From: an uncultured Planctomycetia bacterium
GTDB taxonomy: Bacteria > Omnitrophota > Gorgyraeia > Velamenicoccales > Velamenicoccaceae
Direction of reading: 5' to 3'
Assembly: GCA_964423185.1 (NCBI GenBank)
Contig: CAYRDK010000005.1
Coordinates: forward strand, 115,930-179,929
Length of the DNA: 64,000 nucleotides
Shown here: piece by piece, positions 18,130 to 26,552 of the stretch
How the letters are laid out: every line of letters begins with the position of its first letter
Position numbering within the stretch: position 1 is the stretch's first letter
Made by a program: the position numbers and the translations under genes
Notes under the pieces: model-generated
Databases searched by the model: none
What the model was told of the DNA's origin: nothing
The model's input: only the letters and a program-made list of their open reading frames with translations

Positions 18130-18205
18130 TATTTTTTCTGTTAAAAAAAGCGGCTGCCAGGCTATCTATATATTCAGTAAACACAAGAACTAAACCGAAA
18201 GCTTA

Positions 18206-18715
18206 TTAATCCTTAAGATTTGGAAACCAGCGAGGAGTTTTTTGGAAATACAGAACATAATCAACGCCGAATCTTTTTTCCAAAGATTTCTCTTCAATTA
18301 AAATAAACTGACGCATAACCAAAAAAATTAAAAAAGCGTAAATCAAAAGCCCAAAAGAACCAAAAAGAAAAGCACTGCCGAAAAGAAATAGAACCGTACC
18401 AACGACCATGGGATTTCGCACAAACTTATAAGGCCCGCAAATAACAAGCTGTTTTGGATGGGCAAAAGGCAGAGGCGTCCCTTTGCCTTCATTGATAAAA
18501 AGCATAACACACCATACCGCAAGCATATAACCGGCCGCCGAGAAACCAACGCCGACCAACCGCAGCGGCTTCATGTAAAAACTACCTAAAAAAGGGTCCA
18601 CAAAAGTCTTGATTAAAAAAGGAAACAACGCCCACAAACACATAATAAAAGACCCTCCGATAATAAAAGTTTTTAATGTATTTATTAAATCTTCACGTGA
18701 TTTTATTTTAAGCAT
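18206..18715 (-). CDS. ICMT/PEMT-family membrane methyltransferase
   Basis: It is polytopic, with GPYKFVRNPMVVG and EEKSLEKRFG. I set the start at MLKIKS because GGGGA lies 4 nt upstream; the ORF track starts at 18763. Confidence 0.7.
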   Translation of the reverse strand: MLKIKSREDLINTLKTFIIGGSFIMCLWALFPFLIKTFVDPFLGSFYMKPLRLVGVGFSAAGYMLAVWCVMLFINEGKGTPLPFAHPKQLVICGPYKFVRNPMVVGTVLFLFGSAFLFGSFGLLIYAFLIFLVMRQFILIEEKSLEKRFGVDYVLYFQKTPRWFPNLKD

Positions 18716-18854
18716 ATTTCCCCTTGATATTACATAATAGAAATTGAATGGCCAAAAAAACAAACATCATTACAAATGCATTTTTTCAGGCAATTAAAAT
18801 TACAACATCTTAAAAACACTGAGAATTCGACACTGCCCTATTCTCTGATACGCG

Positions 18855-19055
18855 TTAAAACTTTAAAACATTCGCGGCCTGTTCGCCTTTTTCACTCTGG
18901 ATAATCTCAAACTCAACCGCTTGCCCCTGCTGCAGTGTTTTATACCCCTCACCTTGCACAGCGCTATGATGCACAAAAACATCTCTCCCGTCCTCTGTGT
19001 TAATAAAACCATAACCCTTCTGATTACTAAACCACTTTACCGTACCCTTTGCCAT
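18855..19055 (-). CDS. csp: Cold-shock protein
   Basis: [18 protein letters not shown]…VFVHHS contains the RNP1 and RNP2 motifs. Confidence 0.95.
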   Translation of the reverse strand: MAKGTVKWFSNQKGYGFINTEDGRDVFVHHSAVQGEGYKTLQQGQAVEFEIIQSEKGEQAANVLKF

Positions 19056-19187
19056 CTTGCTTCCTCCATTTTGAGTAAATTTAAAAAACCGTAAAGCCTT
19101 TAATACACTCTACGGTTCTTTAATTGCTGCTTATATGCCTTATCTGATCAACCATGCTATTCAACATCAAAAAATCATTATAAAAAA

Positions 19188-19343
19188 TTACTTCTTATCC
19201 CTGATTTCTCTCAAAATCTGAATCATAACTCTTTGGCGCACAAGCATAACTAGAAGGCATGAAAAAAGCATAAGAATAAAAATAATTTTAATCGCGAACA
19301 ATAAATAAACCCCGCTAACATCCAAAAGTGTAATATCGTACAT
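19188..19343 (-). CDS. Possible 51-aa single-TM peptide
   Basis: Not in the ORF track. GGGGG lies 5 nt upstream of the ATG. The translation is MYDITLLDVSGVYLLFAIKIIFILMLFSCLLVMLVRQRVMIQILREIRDKK. It lies 18 nt after the cyclophilin stop. Confidence 0.3.
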   Translation of the reverse strand: MYDITLLDVSGVYLLFAIKIIFILMLFSCLLVMLVRQRVMIQILREIRDKK

Positions 19344-19361
19344 CTTACCCCCTTTTTTTTG

Positions 19362-19922
19362 TTATGACTTCAAATAAGCACGAACAATCTTCTGTTCTCT
19401 CAAAGGCTTATCACCATCGCCAACAGCGGTTTTTGAGATCTTTTCAACAACGTCATAACCTCCACACACCTCTCCAAAAATGGTATGATGCATATTCAAC
19501 CAGGGTGTCGCGGCAACCGTAATAAAAAACTGGCTCCCATTAGTTCCGGGGCCGGCGTTAGCCATTGCTAAAATACCAGGTTTATCAAACTCTATGTTCT
19601 GCGATACTTCATCTTCAAACGGCGTTCCAAATAAAGATTCGCCGCCTCGGCCTGTTCCAGTCGGATCCCCTCCTTGAATCATAAAATCCTTAATGACCCG
19701 GTGAAAAATGATGCCGTCATAATACCCCTTTTTCACCAGCCCTATAAAATTTTCGCATGCTTTTGGCGCAACATCGAAAAAAAGTTTTAATTCAACAACC
19801 CCGGACGTCGTTTCTAAAATAACCTTTGTTTCTGCCACATCTTCCCCCTCTCCCATAAGATGCTGATAGCCTGCCAGCATTAAAAAAAACCAAGCAAAAA
19901 AAACAATGCGCCTAACTTTCAT
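19362..19922 (-). CDS. Cyclophilin-type peptidyl-prolyl isomerase, secreted
   Basis: It has a signal peptide plus FHRVIKDFMIQGGDP and GSQFFIT. Confidence 0.9.
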   Translation of the reverse strand: MKVRRIVFFAWFFLMLAGYQHLMGEGEDVAETKVILETTSGVVELKLFFDVAPKACENFIGLVKKGYYDGIIFHRVIKDFMIQGGDPTGTGRGGESLFGTPFEDEVSQNIEFDKPGILAMANAGPGTNGSQFFITVAATPWLNMHHTIFGEVCGGYDVVEKISKTAVGDGDKPLREQKIVRAYLKS

Positions 19923-19934
19923 TAAGCTCCCCCT

Positions 19935-20306
19935 CTACTCTTGAGCGTTAATAAAGATATGATCAAGCTCTTCCAGCTTCACAGGTTTATTGATAAAAGA
20001 GTCTCCGCCCAACTGGCGCACAACAGTGTCATTAACGGCCGGAAAACCTGAGATTAAAACAATCTTCGCGTTTGGATTTCTAGTGCGCGCAATCGGAATT
20101 AACTCCAGGCCTGTCAAATTAGGCATACTGCAATCCAATAAAAAGAAGTCAAAAGCGTCCTTCTCAATCGCCCTCTTAGCCTGTTCACCGTCAAAAACAA
20201 CGACAACCTTGAACTTTCTCCTTTCAAGGTATTTTTTTAAATACAGACAAATATCTTCTTCGTCATCCGCTATCAAAACTCTTTTCGAACGTTTAAAAAA
20301 AATCAT
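19935..20306 (-). CDS. Stand-alone response-regulator receiver domain
   Basis: The DDEE acidic pocket, the phospho-acceptor in LLDCSMP, and a K in INKP are present. Confidence 0.85.
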   Translation of the reverse strand: MIFFKRSKRVLIADDEEDICLYLKKYLERRKFKVVVVFDGEQAKRAIEKDAFDFFLLDCSMPNLTGLELIPIARTRNPNAKIVLISGFPAVNDTVVRQLGGDSFINKPVKLEELDHIFINAQE

Positions 20307-20370
20307 TTCACTTATTTTACCTTTTTAAAAAAATTAAATCAATTCTTTTGTTGGCTCAAAGCTCAACCGC

Positions 20371-21525
20371 TCAACTGACCCAATCCTTAAGCCTTACCGC
20401 CTTGTTAGAAAACAAATACAACTGTAACGCGGCTAAAACAGCAAAGTTATAAAAACAGAACTCATAGGGGATAAAAAACATCCTGAAGAAACTGCTCCTT
20501 TTCATTCCGGTCTTTTTTAAGAATAAACCCAAGAGCGCTAAACTGTAAAAGATTATCTGGATAAGAAAGAAGAGAAGGTAAAAACCTAGCTGACTAAAAA
20601 GAAAAATATTCGTAATAAAAGCACAAATAACACAATAAGGAATAATCAGATCCAAAACATCATGGGAAATAAGCTGAAAAGCCACTTTCGTCTTAAAAGG
20701 GTTCAAAGATTCTAAAAATAAAGAGAAAATCTGATAACTGCCAATATATTTTTTAACAATAGAGGCGAAACTGTCCTCCTGTTTACGCGGAACAAGGCTG
20801 TGTGTCCTGGCTAACGGTTCAAAAACAGCACGTTTCTTTAACATAATAACATTCATAGCCATATACACGTCATCCAAAAGGAGGTGTTCCGGCATATACC
20901 TAAACAGGTCCTTTCTGACAGCATACATCCCGCCCTTTGTTACAAACGTAGAATCAACGGCGTTCTCTAATTTTCTAAGAACCTTATCTTGCGTATCATA
21001 AAACAAGAGTTCAGCTTCTCTGGACGCCTCCCGGGGTTCGTCATATACAACCTCTCCTAAAACGCAACCAACGCTCTCATCTGCAAAACAGGCGATAAGC
21101 TCTTTCAAAGCAGTACGCTCTATCCTCTGCATGGCATCAACAATAACAAAAATTTCTCCTCTGGCATCTCTAACAAGTTTATTAACCATCGCATTTTTAC
21201 CAATCCTCTGGAACGCGACACCATAACGTATCTTGTTTTCATCAGCCAGCTGCTTAACGATTCTGTAGGTTTCATCTGTTGAACCGTCACAACCAACGAT
21301 GATTTCCATCTTATCGCGCGGGTAATCAAGATGCGTAATATGAGTTACTTTTTCTATAATGCTTTTTTCTTCATTGTAAGCTGAAATAAAAATGGAGATA
21401 AACGGATAGATCTCTTTCTTGCGCACCGGATTTTCCATTAGCGAGAAAAAAAGGGCCATAGAAAAAGGGTATAAGATATAACGCCAGGCGATAACAGCTA
21501 TGCTAATAAACAGTAACCATCTCAT
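20371..21525 (-). CDS. Membrane family-2 glycosyltransferase (processive-synthase-like)
   Basis: ISAYNEE, DGSTDET and VDAM are present, with C-terminal TM helices. Confidence 0.8.
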   Translation of the reverse strand: MRWLLFISIAVIAWRYILYPFSMALFFSLMENPVRKKEIYPFISIFISAYNEEKSIIEKVTHITHLDYPRDKMEIIVGCDGSTDETYRIVKQLADENKIRYGVAFQRIGKNAMVNKLVRDARGEIFVIVDAMQRIERTALKELIACFADESVGCVLGEVVYDEPREASREAELLFYDTQDKVLRKLENAVDSTFVTKGGMYAVRKDLFRYMPEHLLLDDVYMAMNVIMLKKRAVFEPLARTHSLVPRKQEDSFASIVKKYIGSYQIFSLFLESLNPFKTKVAFQLISHDVLDLIIPYCVICAFITNIFLFSQLGFYLLFFLIQIIFYSLALLGLFLKKTGMKRSSFFRMFFIPYEFCFYNFAVLAALQLYLFSNKAVRLKDWVS

Positions 21526-21530
21526 TTTAA

Positions 21531-21666
21531 CATTGCCTCCAATCAGGTAATTCTTCTTTACAATGTTAATCCTTGCGTCTGCTGAGAAAAGTTTATGTGG
21601 AAACTTTTCCAGCGGTTAGATGCAAGGGTTAACTGCTCATTGCCTCCAATCAGATAGTTCTTCTTT
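21531..21666. repeat. 29-nt direct repeat (27/29 identical) flanking a long imperfect hairpin
   Basis: cattgcctccaatcagGtaAttcttcttt at 21531-21559 repeats as cattgcctccaatcagAtaGttcttcttt at 21638-21666. The hairpin arms are 21565-21594 and 21601-21633. Confidence 0.5.
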
Positions 21667-21668
21667 GG

Positions 21669-22961
21669 CTAAAGCTTAACCACATTCGGAGCTTTAAATT
21701 TCACAGCATTTCTTGTATCCAGAAGAAGCCTGGCATGCCGGACAATCCATTCATAATCATAACAATTATGATCTGTCACAACAACCACGCAATCACTTTT
21801 ATTTAAAAGAGACGGGGTAAGCTTAACACTCTTCATGTTAAAATGATCCTTCGCGACTTCAGGGACAAAAGGATCATTATAAGACACGACAGAACCTTTC
21901 TCTTTAAGAAAATGCATGATCTCAAAAGCGGGAGACTCCCTGTAATCGCTGACGTTTCTTTTATAAGCGACACCTAATATAAGAATTTTAGCATTTTTTA
22001 AGCTTTTACCTTTATTGTTCAACGCATCCGCCACTTTATAAGCAACATGCTGCGGCATCATACTGTTAACACGGGCGGCTAAGTCAATAAAGCGCGCTTC
22101 AAATCCAAAGAATCTAGCTTTCCATGACAAATATAGGGGATCAATAGGAATACAGTGCCCGCCCAAGCCGGGGCCGGGATAAAAAGGCATGAAACCGAAC
22201 GGCTTCGTTGAAGCCGCATCAATAACTTCCCAGACATCAATCCCCATACGGTCGCACATCAAAGCCAGCTCATTGACTAAACCAATATTAACAGCCCGAA
22301 AAGCATTCTCGAGGAGTTTAACCGTTTCCGCCACTCTCGTTGAAGAAACGGAATAAACAGATTCCATAATCAGCCCATAAAACTTTTGGGCAACATCAAC
22401 ACAAGCAGGCGTAACTCCACCGACAACTTTTGGAATATTTTTTGTGCGAAAACTTCTGTTGCCGGGGTCAACGCGTTCAGGAGAAAAAGCTAAATAGAAA
22501 TCTTTACCGGCCTTAAACCCTTTTTTTTCAAACATAGGAAGCAAGACTTCCTCTGTTGTTCCCGGGTATGTTGTGCTTTCTAAAATAATCAACTGCCCCT
22601 TCTTGAGATAACGCGCGATTTGCGACGCGGCGGCAACGATATAAGAAATATCGGGCTCTCTGGTTTTAGACAAAGGTGTCGGGACACAGATATTAATTGT
22701 ATCAACACTTTTTAGAATTGAAAAATTGGCGGTTGCCGACAATAACCCCTTAGAGACACACCTGGCCAGTTCTTCCGCGTCAACATCCTGAATGTATGAC
22801 CTCTTTAAATTAACAGCATCAACTTTACCTTTATCTAAATCTATACCGACAACCTCTATGCCGGATGCGGCAAATTCAATCGCCAAAGGCAACCCAACAT
22901 ACCCAAGGCCAACCACCGCGCTCTTAATTTTCTTCTCCTGAATCTTTTCAACCAAAGTCAT
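21669..22961 (-). CDS. Nucleotide-sugar 6-dehydrogenase (UDP-GlcNAc/UDP-ManNAc dehydrogenase-like)
   Basis: VGLGYVGLPLA is a Rossmann motif and GGHCIP contains the catalytic Cys. Confidence 0.85.
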   Translation of the reverse strand: MTLVEKIQEKKIKSAVVGLGYVGLPLAIEFAASGIEVVGIDLDKGKVDAVNLKRSYIQDVDAEELARCVSKGLLSATANFSILKSVDTINICVPTPLSKTREPDISYIVAAASQIARYLKKGQLIILESTTYPGTTEEVLLPMFEKKGFKAGKDFYLAFSPERVDPGNRSFRTKNIPKVVGGVTPACVDVAQKFYGLIMESVYSVSSTRVAETVKLLENAFRAVNIGLVNELALMCDRMGIDVWEVIDAASTKPFGFMPFYPGPGLGGHCIPIDPLYLSWKARFFGFEARFIDLAARVNSMMPQHVAYKVADALNNKGKSLKNAKILILGVAYKRNVSDYRESPAFEIMHFLKEKGSVVSYNDPFVPEVAKDHFNMKSVKLTPSLLNKSDCVVVVTDHNCYDYEWIVRHARLLLDTRNAVKFKAPNVVKL

Positions 22962-23004
22962 ATTCTTCTCCTTATTATAAAGGCATAAAACTAATCACGC
23001 GCGT

Positions 23005-23364
23005 TCAATCAAACATCTTGGGCACAAAAATCATCCCGCCAATCACAAAAGCATTTAAAGCAGCAATAAAAACTCCTCCTGCCGCGATATCTTTTAATAA
23101 TTTTACATTGGGATGAAACTTGTCCCCGTGGACAAAATCAAGCAAAAGCTCAAAGGCGGTATTCGCCGCTTCAGCAATCATAACCAAAGCAATAGCAAAT
23201 ACAACAAAAATAAATTCAATTTCACTGACTCGCAACAGAAAACATAACACGACGGCCACAAGGGCAAAAAAACAATGAACCTTCATATTGCGTTCAGTTT
23301 TAAAAACAAACTGCAACCCTTCAAAGGCCAATCTAAAACTCTGAATTGTCGTCCTTTTATACAT
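23005..23364 (-). CDS. dgkA: Diacylglycerol/undecaprenol kinase (DgkA family)
   Basis: It has three TM segments plus AEAANTAFE and KDIAAGGV. Confidence 0.8.
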   Translation of the reverse strand: MYKRTTIQSFRLAFEGLQFVFKTERNMKVHCFFALVAVVLCFLLRVSEIEFIFVVFAIALVMIAEAANTAFELLLDFVHGDKFHPNVKLLKDIAAGGVFIAALNAFVIGGMIFVPKMFD

Positions 23365-23423
23365 GGCTTCTTTTGTTATATCGCAATTAATGCTTTTTTG
23401 CTACATTTTTTAGAAAGGCTTTT

Positions 23424-24332
23424 TTAAAGAATCTCAACCATTTTATCAATGGCGGCACGCGCCTTAAGCCTGATTTCATCAGAAACCCTTACTTCCGCCC
23501 TCATGTCGCGTAAAGATAGGTAAACCTTTTCCAAAGTTATACGTTTCATATTAGCGCAAACAGCATTTTCCGAAGCAGGATAAAACTTTTTATCCGGATT
23601 GTCTTTAGCTAGCCGGTAAATAATACCAACTTCCGTACCGACAATAAACTCCGTATCACGCGAGGCCTTCGCGTAAACACACATTTTACCGGTAGATAAA
23701 ACTTCATCAGCAAGTTCAATAACCTCCGGGCGGCACTCCGGATGAACCATAATTTTCGCTCCAGGATGCTGGCGTATCTTTTTTATAATATCTTCGGGCT
23801 GAATTTTGACATGAGTCGGACAATGCCCATCCCATGAAATAAGGCGGCGGCCCGTCTTTTTTGAGACATAGTCTGCCAAATACTTATCCGGTATAAAAAT
23901 AATCTCATCAGAACCTTTCAATTTAGACACAATCTCAACAGCATTTGTTGATGTGCAACAAATATCTAATTCAGCTTTCACATCGGCCGATGTGTTCACA
24001 TAACCAACAACAACCGCTTTAGGATGCCGCTCCTTTAACTCGCGCACATCCTCAGCAGAAATCATATTGGCCATAGGACAGCCGCCTAAAGGGTCAGGGA
24101 TCAAAATCGTCTTGTCCGGGCACAAAATTGAAGCTGTTTCCGCCATAAAATAGACGCCACAAAATACAATGATGTTTTTTTTGGACTTTGCCGCAATACG
24201 GCTCAGCTCTAAAGAATCACCGACATAATCGGCAATATCCTGGACCTCTCCTGCCTGATAATTATGAGCCAGGATAATAGCGTCACGTTCTTTTTTAAGG
24301 CTCTTTATTTTTTCGATTATTTCATTTGGCAT
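23424..24332 (-). CDS. nadA: Quinolinate synthase
   Basis: ILAHNYQ…VQDIADYVGDS, MAETA and HPEC are present. Confidence 0.9.
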   Translation of the reverse strand: MPNEIIEKIKSLKKERDAIILAHNYQAGEVQDIADYVGDSLELSRIAAKSKKNIIVFCGVYFMAETASILCPDKTILIPDPLGGCPMANMISAEDVRELKERHPKAVVVGYVNTSADVKAELDICCTSTNAVEIVSKLKGSDEIIFIPDKYLADYVSKKTGRRLISWDGHCPTHVKIQPEDIIKKIRQHPGAKIMVHPECRPEVIELADEVLSTGKMCVYAKASRDTEFIVGTEVGIIYRLAKDNPDKKFYPASENAVCANMKRITLEKVYLSLRDMRAEVRVSDEIRLKARAAIDKMVEIL

Positions 24333-24356
24333 CTTCCATCCTCCTTAAAACAAAAC

Positions 24357-25340
24357 CTACCTTGTAAATTCAAATTTTCTGCGCAAAATATCGCCATAAA
24401 TATTCTTGCCATATTTATCTTCAAACAATAAAAATAACACGCACCCAAGAGCATGCGCTGAAGGCACGTTAACAAATGATTTCAACCCCACCATCGGCTC
24501 AAAAGGCCTGCGTGATGTCTTAAGCCACTTCGGCCGCCTGGCAAAAGGCACGCCCAACTTTTTACTCACCCATACATAAACACCCTGCATGGCACCGACA
24601 TCTTCATCTAATATCCAATATAAAAACGCGTCATTGCCCTCTTTTAAAGCGTACATATGGGCAACATGCCTCTGGATACCTATGGCAAAACCTTCTTTAA
24701 AAATATCTAACTTATGAGAAACGGCACCGCCAAATTTAAAAACGTTCTCCAAGTGATGCGCGTATTCATGCGCTAAAACATGAGCCAATTCAGCGTGGCG
24801 CCCATAAGATATGCTTTTAGACGGCACAATAATCGTCTGTGTCAAAGGGTTATACGAATAACCAGATGCCACCTTCGAACCATAAACAGCTACGCGAGAT
24901 ATAGTTTTGTAGCCTAAAAAAAGTGCCCCTGCCCCCAATATAAAAACGGGCCAGGAGTTACGATAATAGTGCCGCAACAATAAACCCGCCGCCATAACCA
25001 CAAGGCCCAACAAAGTAAACAATACAGACAGATAACTTGTAGGCCAGTTTAAGAAGTGATAAGGCATTAATTGTGGGGAAGATATCTTTTCTAGCCCTAA
25101 AAAGGTATCCACATCTTTTTTTACCTGCCCCAGCATCTCAGGCAGGTCTTCAAAGAGGGTAACAAAACCAAAATCCAAAGCTTTTCTCCTGTAAGCCTTC
25201 TGAAGCTTCTCCAGCCTTACAGACTCTGCATCTAAAAGCTGTTTTAACTTAGCAAAACTATCCCGCTTGATCAAAAATTCAATCAAGCTTTCATTTTCAA
25301 AACGCTTCTCATATTCTGCCGTCAGTTTTTTAGGCGCCAT
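24357..25340 (-). CDS. Membrane-anchored gluzincin-like metallopeptidase (HExxH…EGFA)
   Basis: It has two or three central TM segments. HEYAHH is followed about 20 aa later by EGFAIG, a peptidase-MA-like arrangement. Confidence 0.55.
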   Translation of the reverse strand: MAPKKLTAEYEKRFENESLIEFLIKRDSFAKLKQLLDAESVRLEKLQKAYRRKALDFGFVTLFEDLPEMLGQVKKDVDTFLGLEKISSPQLMPYHFLNWPTSYLSVLFTLLGLVVMAAGLLLRHYYRNSWPVFILGAGALFLGYKTISRVAVYGSKVASGYSYNPLTQTIIVPSKSISYGRHAELAHVLAHEYAHHLENVFKFGGAVSHKLDIFKEGFAIGIQRHVAHMYALKEGNDAFLYWILDEDVGAMQGVYVWVSKKLGVPFARRPKWLKTSRRPFEPMVGLKSFVNVPSAHALGCVLFLLFEDKYGKNIYGDILRRKFEFTR

Positions 25341-25385
25341 AAAAGCATATCCAGTTTTCTATAATCCGCTGCGCTAACACAGGCC

Positions 25386-26432
25386 TTATAAAACCTCTGT
25401 AATCTTAGCCCCCGCGGCCACAACATCGCCATGATAAAAAACAACAAACTGCCCCGGCGTAATCGCGTTCTGCGGTTCCAAAAAATGAACAGCCACTTTA
25501 TCCTTATCCAATTTGCAGATACAGCATGAACCTTCCGGATGGCTATAGCGTATTTTCGCTTTAAGAAGGACTGAATCACTAAACAGGCCCTTCTCTAAAA
25601 TATTCAGGCTCTCAGCCACAAGACCTCTGGAATAAACATCCTTTTTAAAACCTACAACAACCTTATTTTCCCTGGCATCAAGTTTGACACAATACAATGC
25701 CTCTGAAGCCGATATGCCCAATCCTTCCCTCTGCCCTATCGTATAATTCACAATACCTTTATGATACCCTAAAACGCAACCCTGTTGGTCAACAATCTCT
25801 CCTTTCTTAAAATAAGCCCGGCCTAAATGCTTCTTCAAGAAAGCTCTATAATCATTGCCAGGAATAAAACAGACTTCCTGGCTGGAACGCTTATCAGCAA
25901 CACAAAAGCTATTCTTCCGCGCTAAAGCCAGCACCTGTTCTTTTGTCATGCTCCCTAAAGGGAACAAGATATGGCTTAAGGATTTTTTAGAAAGAAGGCA
26001 CAAAAAATAAGATTGATCTTTTTTTGAATCGGCCCCCTTCTTAAGCGAATACCCATTAGAGCCCTTTTCTATTCTGGCAAAGTGCCCGGTCGCAAGCGAA
26101 GAAAAGCCAAGTTTACGAGCTTTCTCAAAAAGCAGATTGAATTTCAAAAGCTCATTACACCGCACACACGGATTAGGCGTTCTGCCGTTGGCATATTCAG
26201 CTAAAAAATCGGCGATCACATATTTCTTAAGTTCGGTGCTAGCGTTGAAAACCTTATGAGAAATATCCAATTGCCGTGCCACCGCCCGAGCATCAACAAC
26301 GGCCCTGTCTGAATACCGATGGCCAAATGACATCGTTATCCCGGCTACATCATAACCCTGCTCTTTTAAAATAAAAGCAGCTACAGCCGAATCAACCCCG
26401 CCGCTCAAAGCCACTAAAACTTTTTTAGACAT
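25386..26432 (-). CDS. mnmA: tRNA 2-thiouridine(34) synthase
   Basis: The PP-loop ALSGGVDS, then NPCVRCN and ATGHFAR, are present. Confidence 0.9.
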   Translation of the reverse strand: MSKKVLVALSGGVDSAVAAFILKEQGYDVAGITMSFGHRYSDRAVVDARAVARQLDISHKVFNASTELKKYVIADFLAEYANGRTPNPCVRCNELLKFNLLFEKARKLGFSSLATGHFARIEKGSNGYSLKKGADSKKDQSYFLCLLSKKSLSHILFPLGSMTKEQVLALARKNSFCVADKRSSQEVCFIPGNDYRAFLKKHLGRAYFKKGEIVDQQGCVLGYHKGIVNYTIGQREGLGISASEALYCVKLDARENKVVVGFKKDVYSRGLVAESLNILEKGLFSDSVLLKAKIRYSHPEGSCCICKLDKDKVAVHFLEPQNAITPGQFVVFYHGDVVAAGAKITEVL

Positions 26433-26441
26433 AATATTATA

Positions 26442-26552
26442 CAGGGGGCCAGGGTACAGGCAACAGGGTTCAGAAAAACCAAAAAAACTTTATGATTTTT
26501 AACTTTTAATTTTTTTTAAACCGCACCCTGTCCCCCGAACCCTGTACCCTGC
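26442..26552. repeat. Inverted pair of heptamer-periodic tracts (CAGGGNN)n / (NNCCCTG)n
   Basis: CAG recurs at 26442, 26450, 26457, 26464 and 26471. CTG or CCG recurs at 26528, 26535, 26542 and 26549. cagggtacagg (26450-26460) is complementary to 26541-26551. Confidence 0.6.

Noticed and set aside
25322-25579. 85-aa minus-strand ORF
   Set aside because: It is an alternative frame inside mnmA and overlaps the start of the metallopeptidase-like gene.
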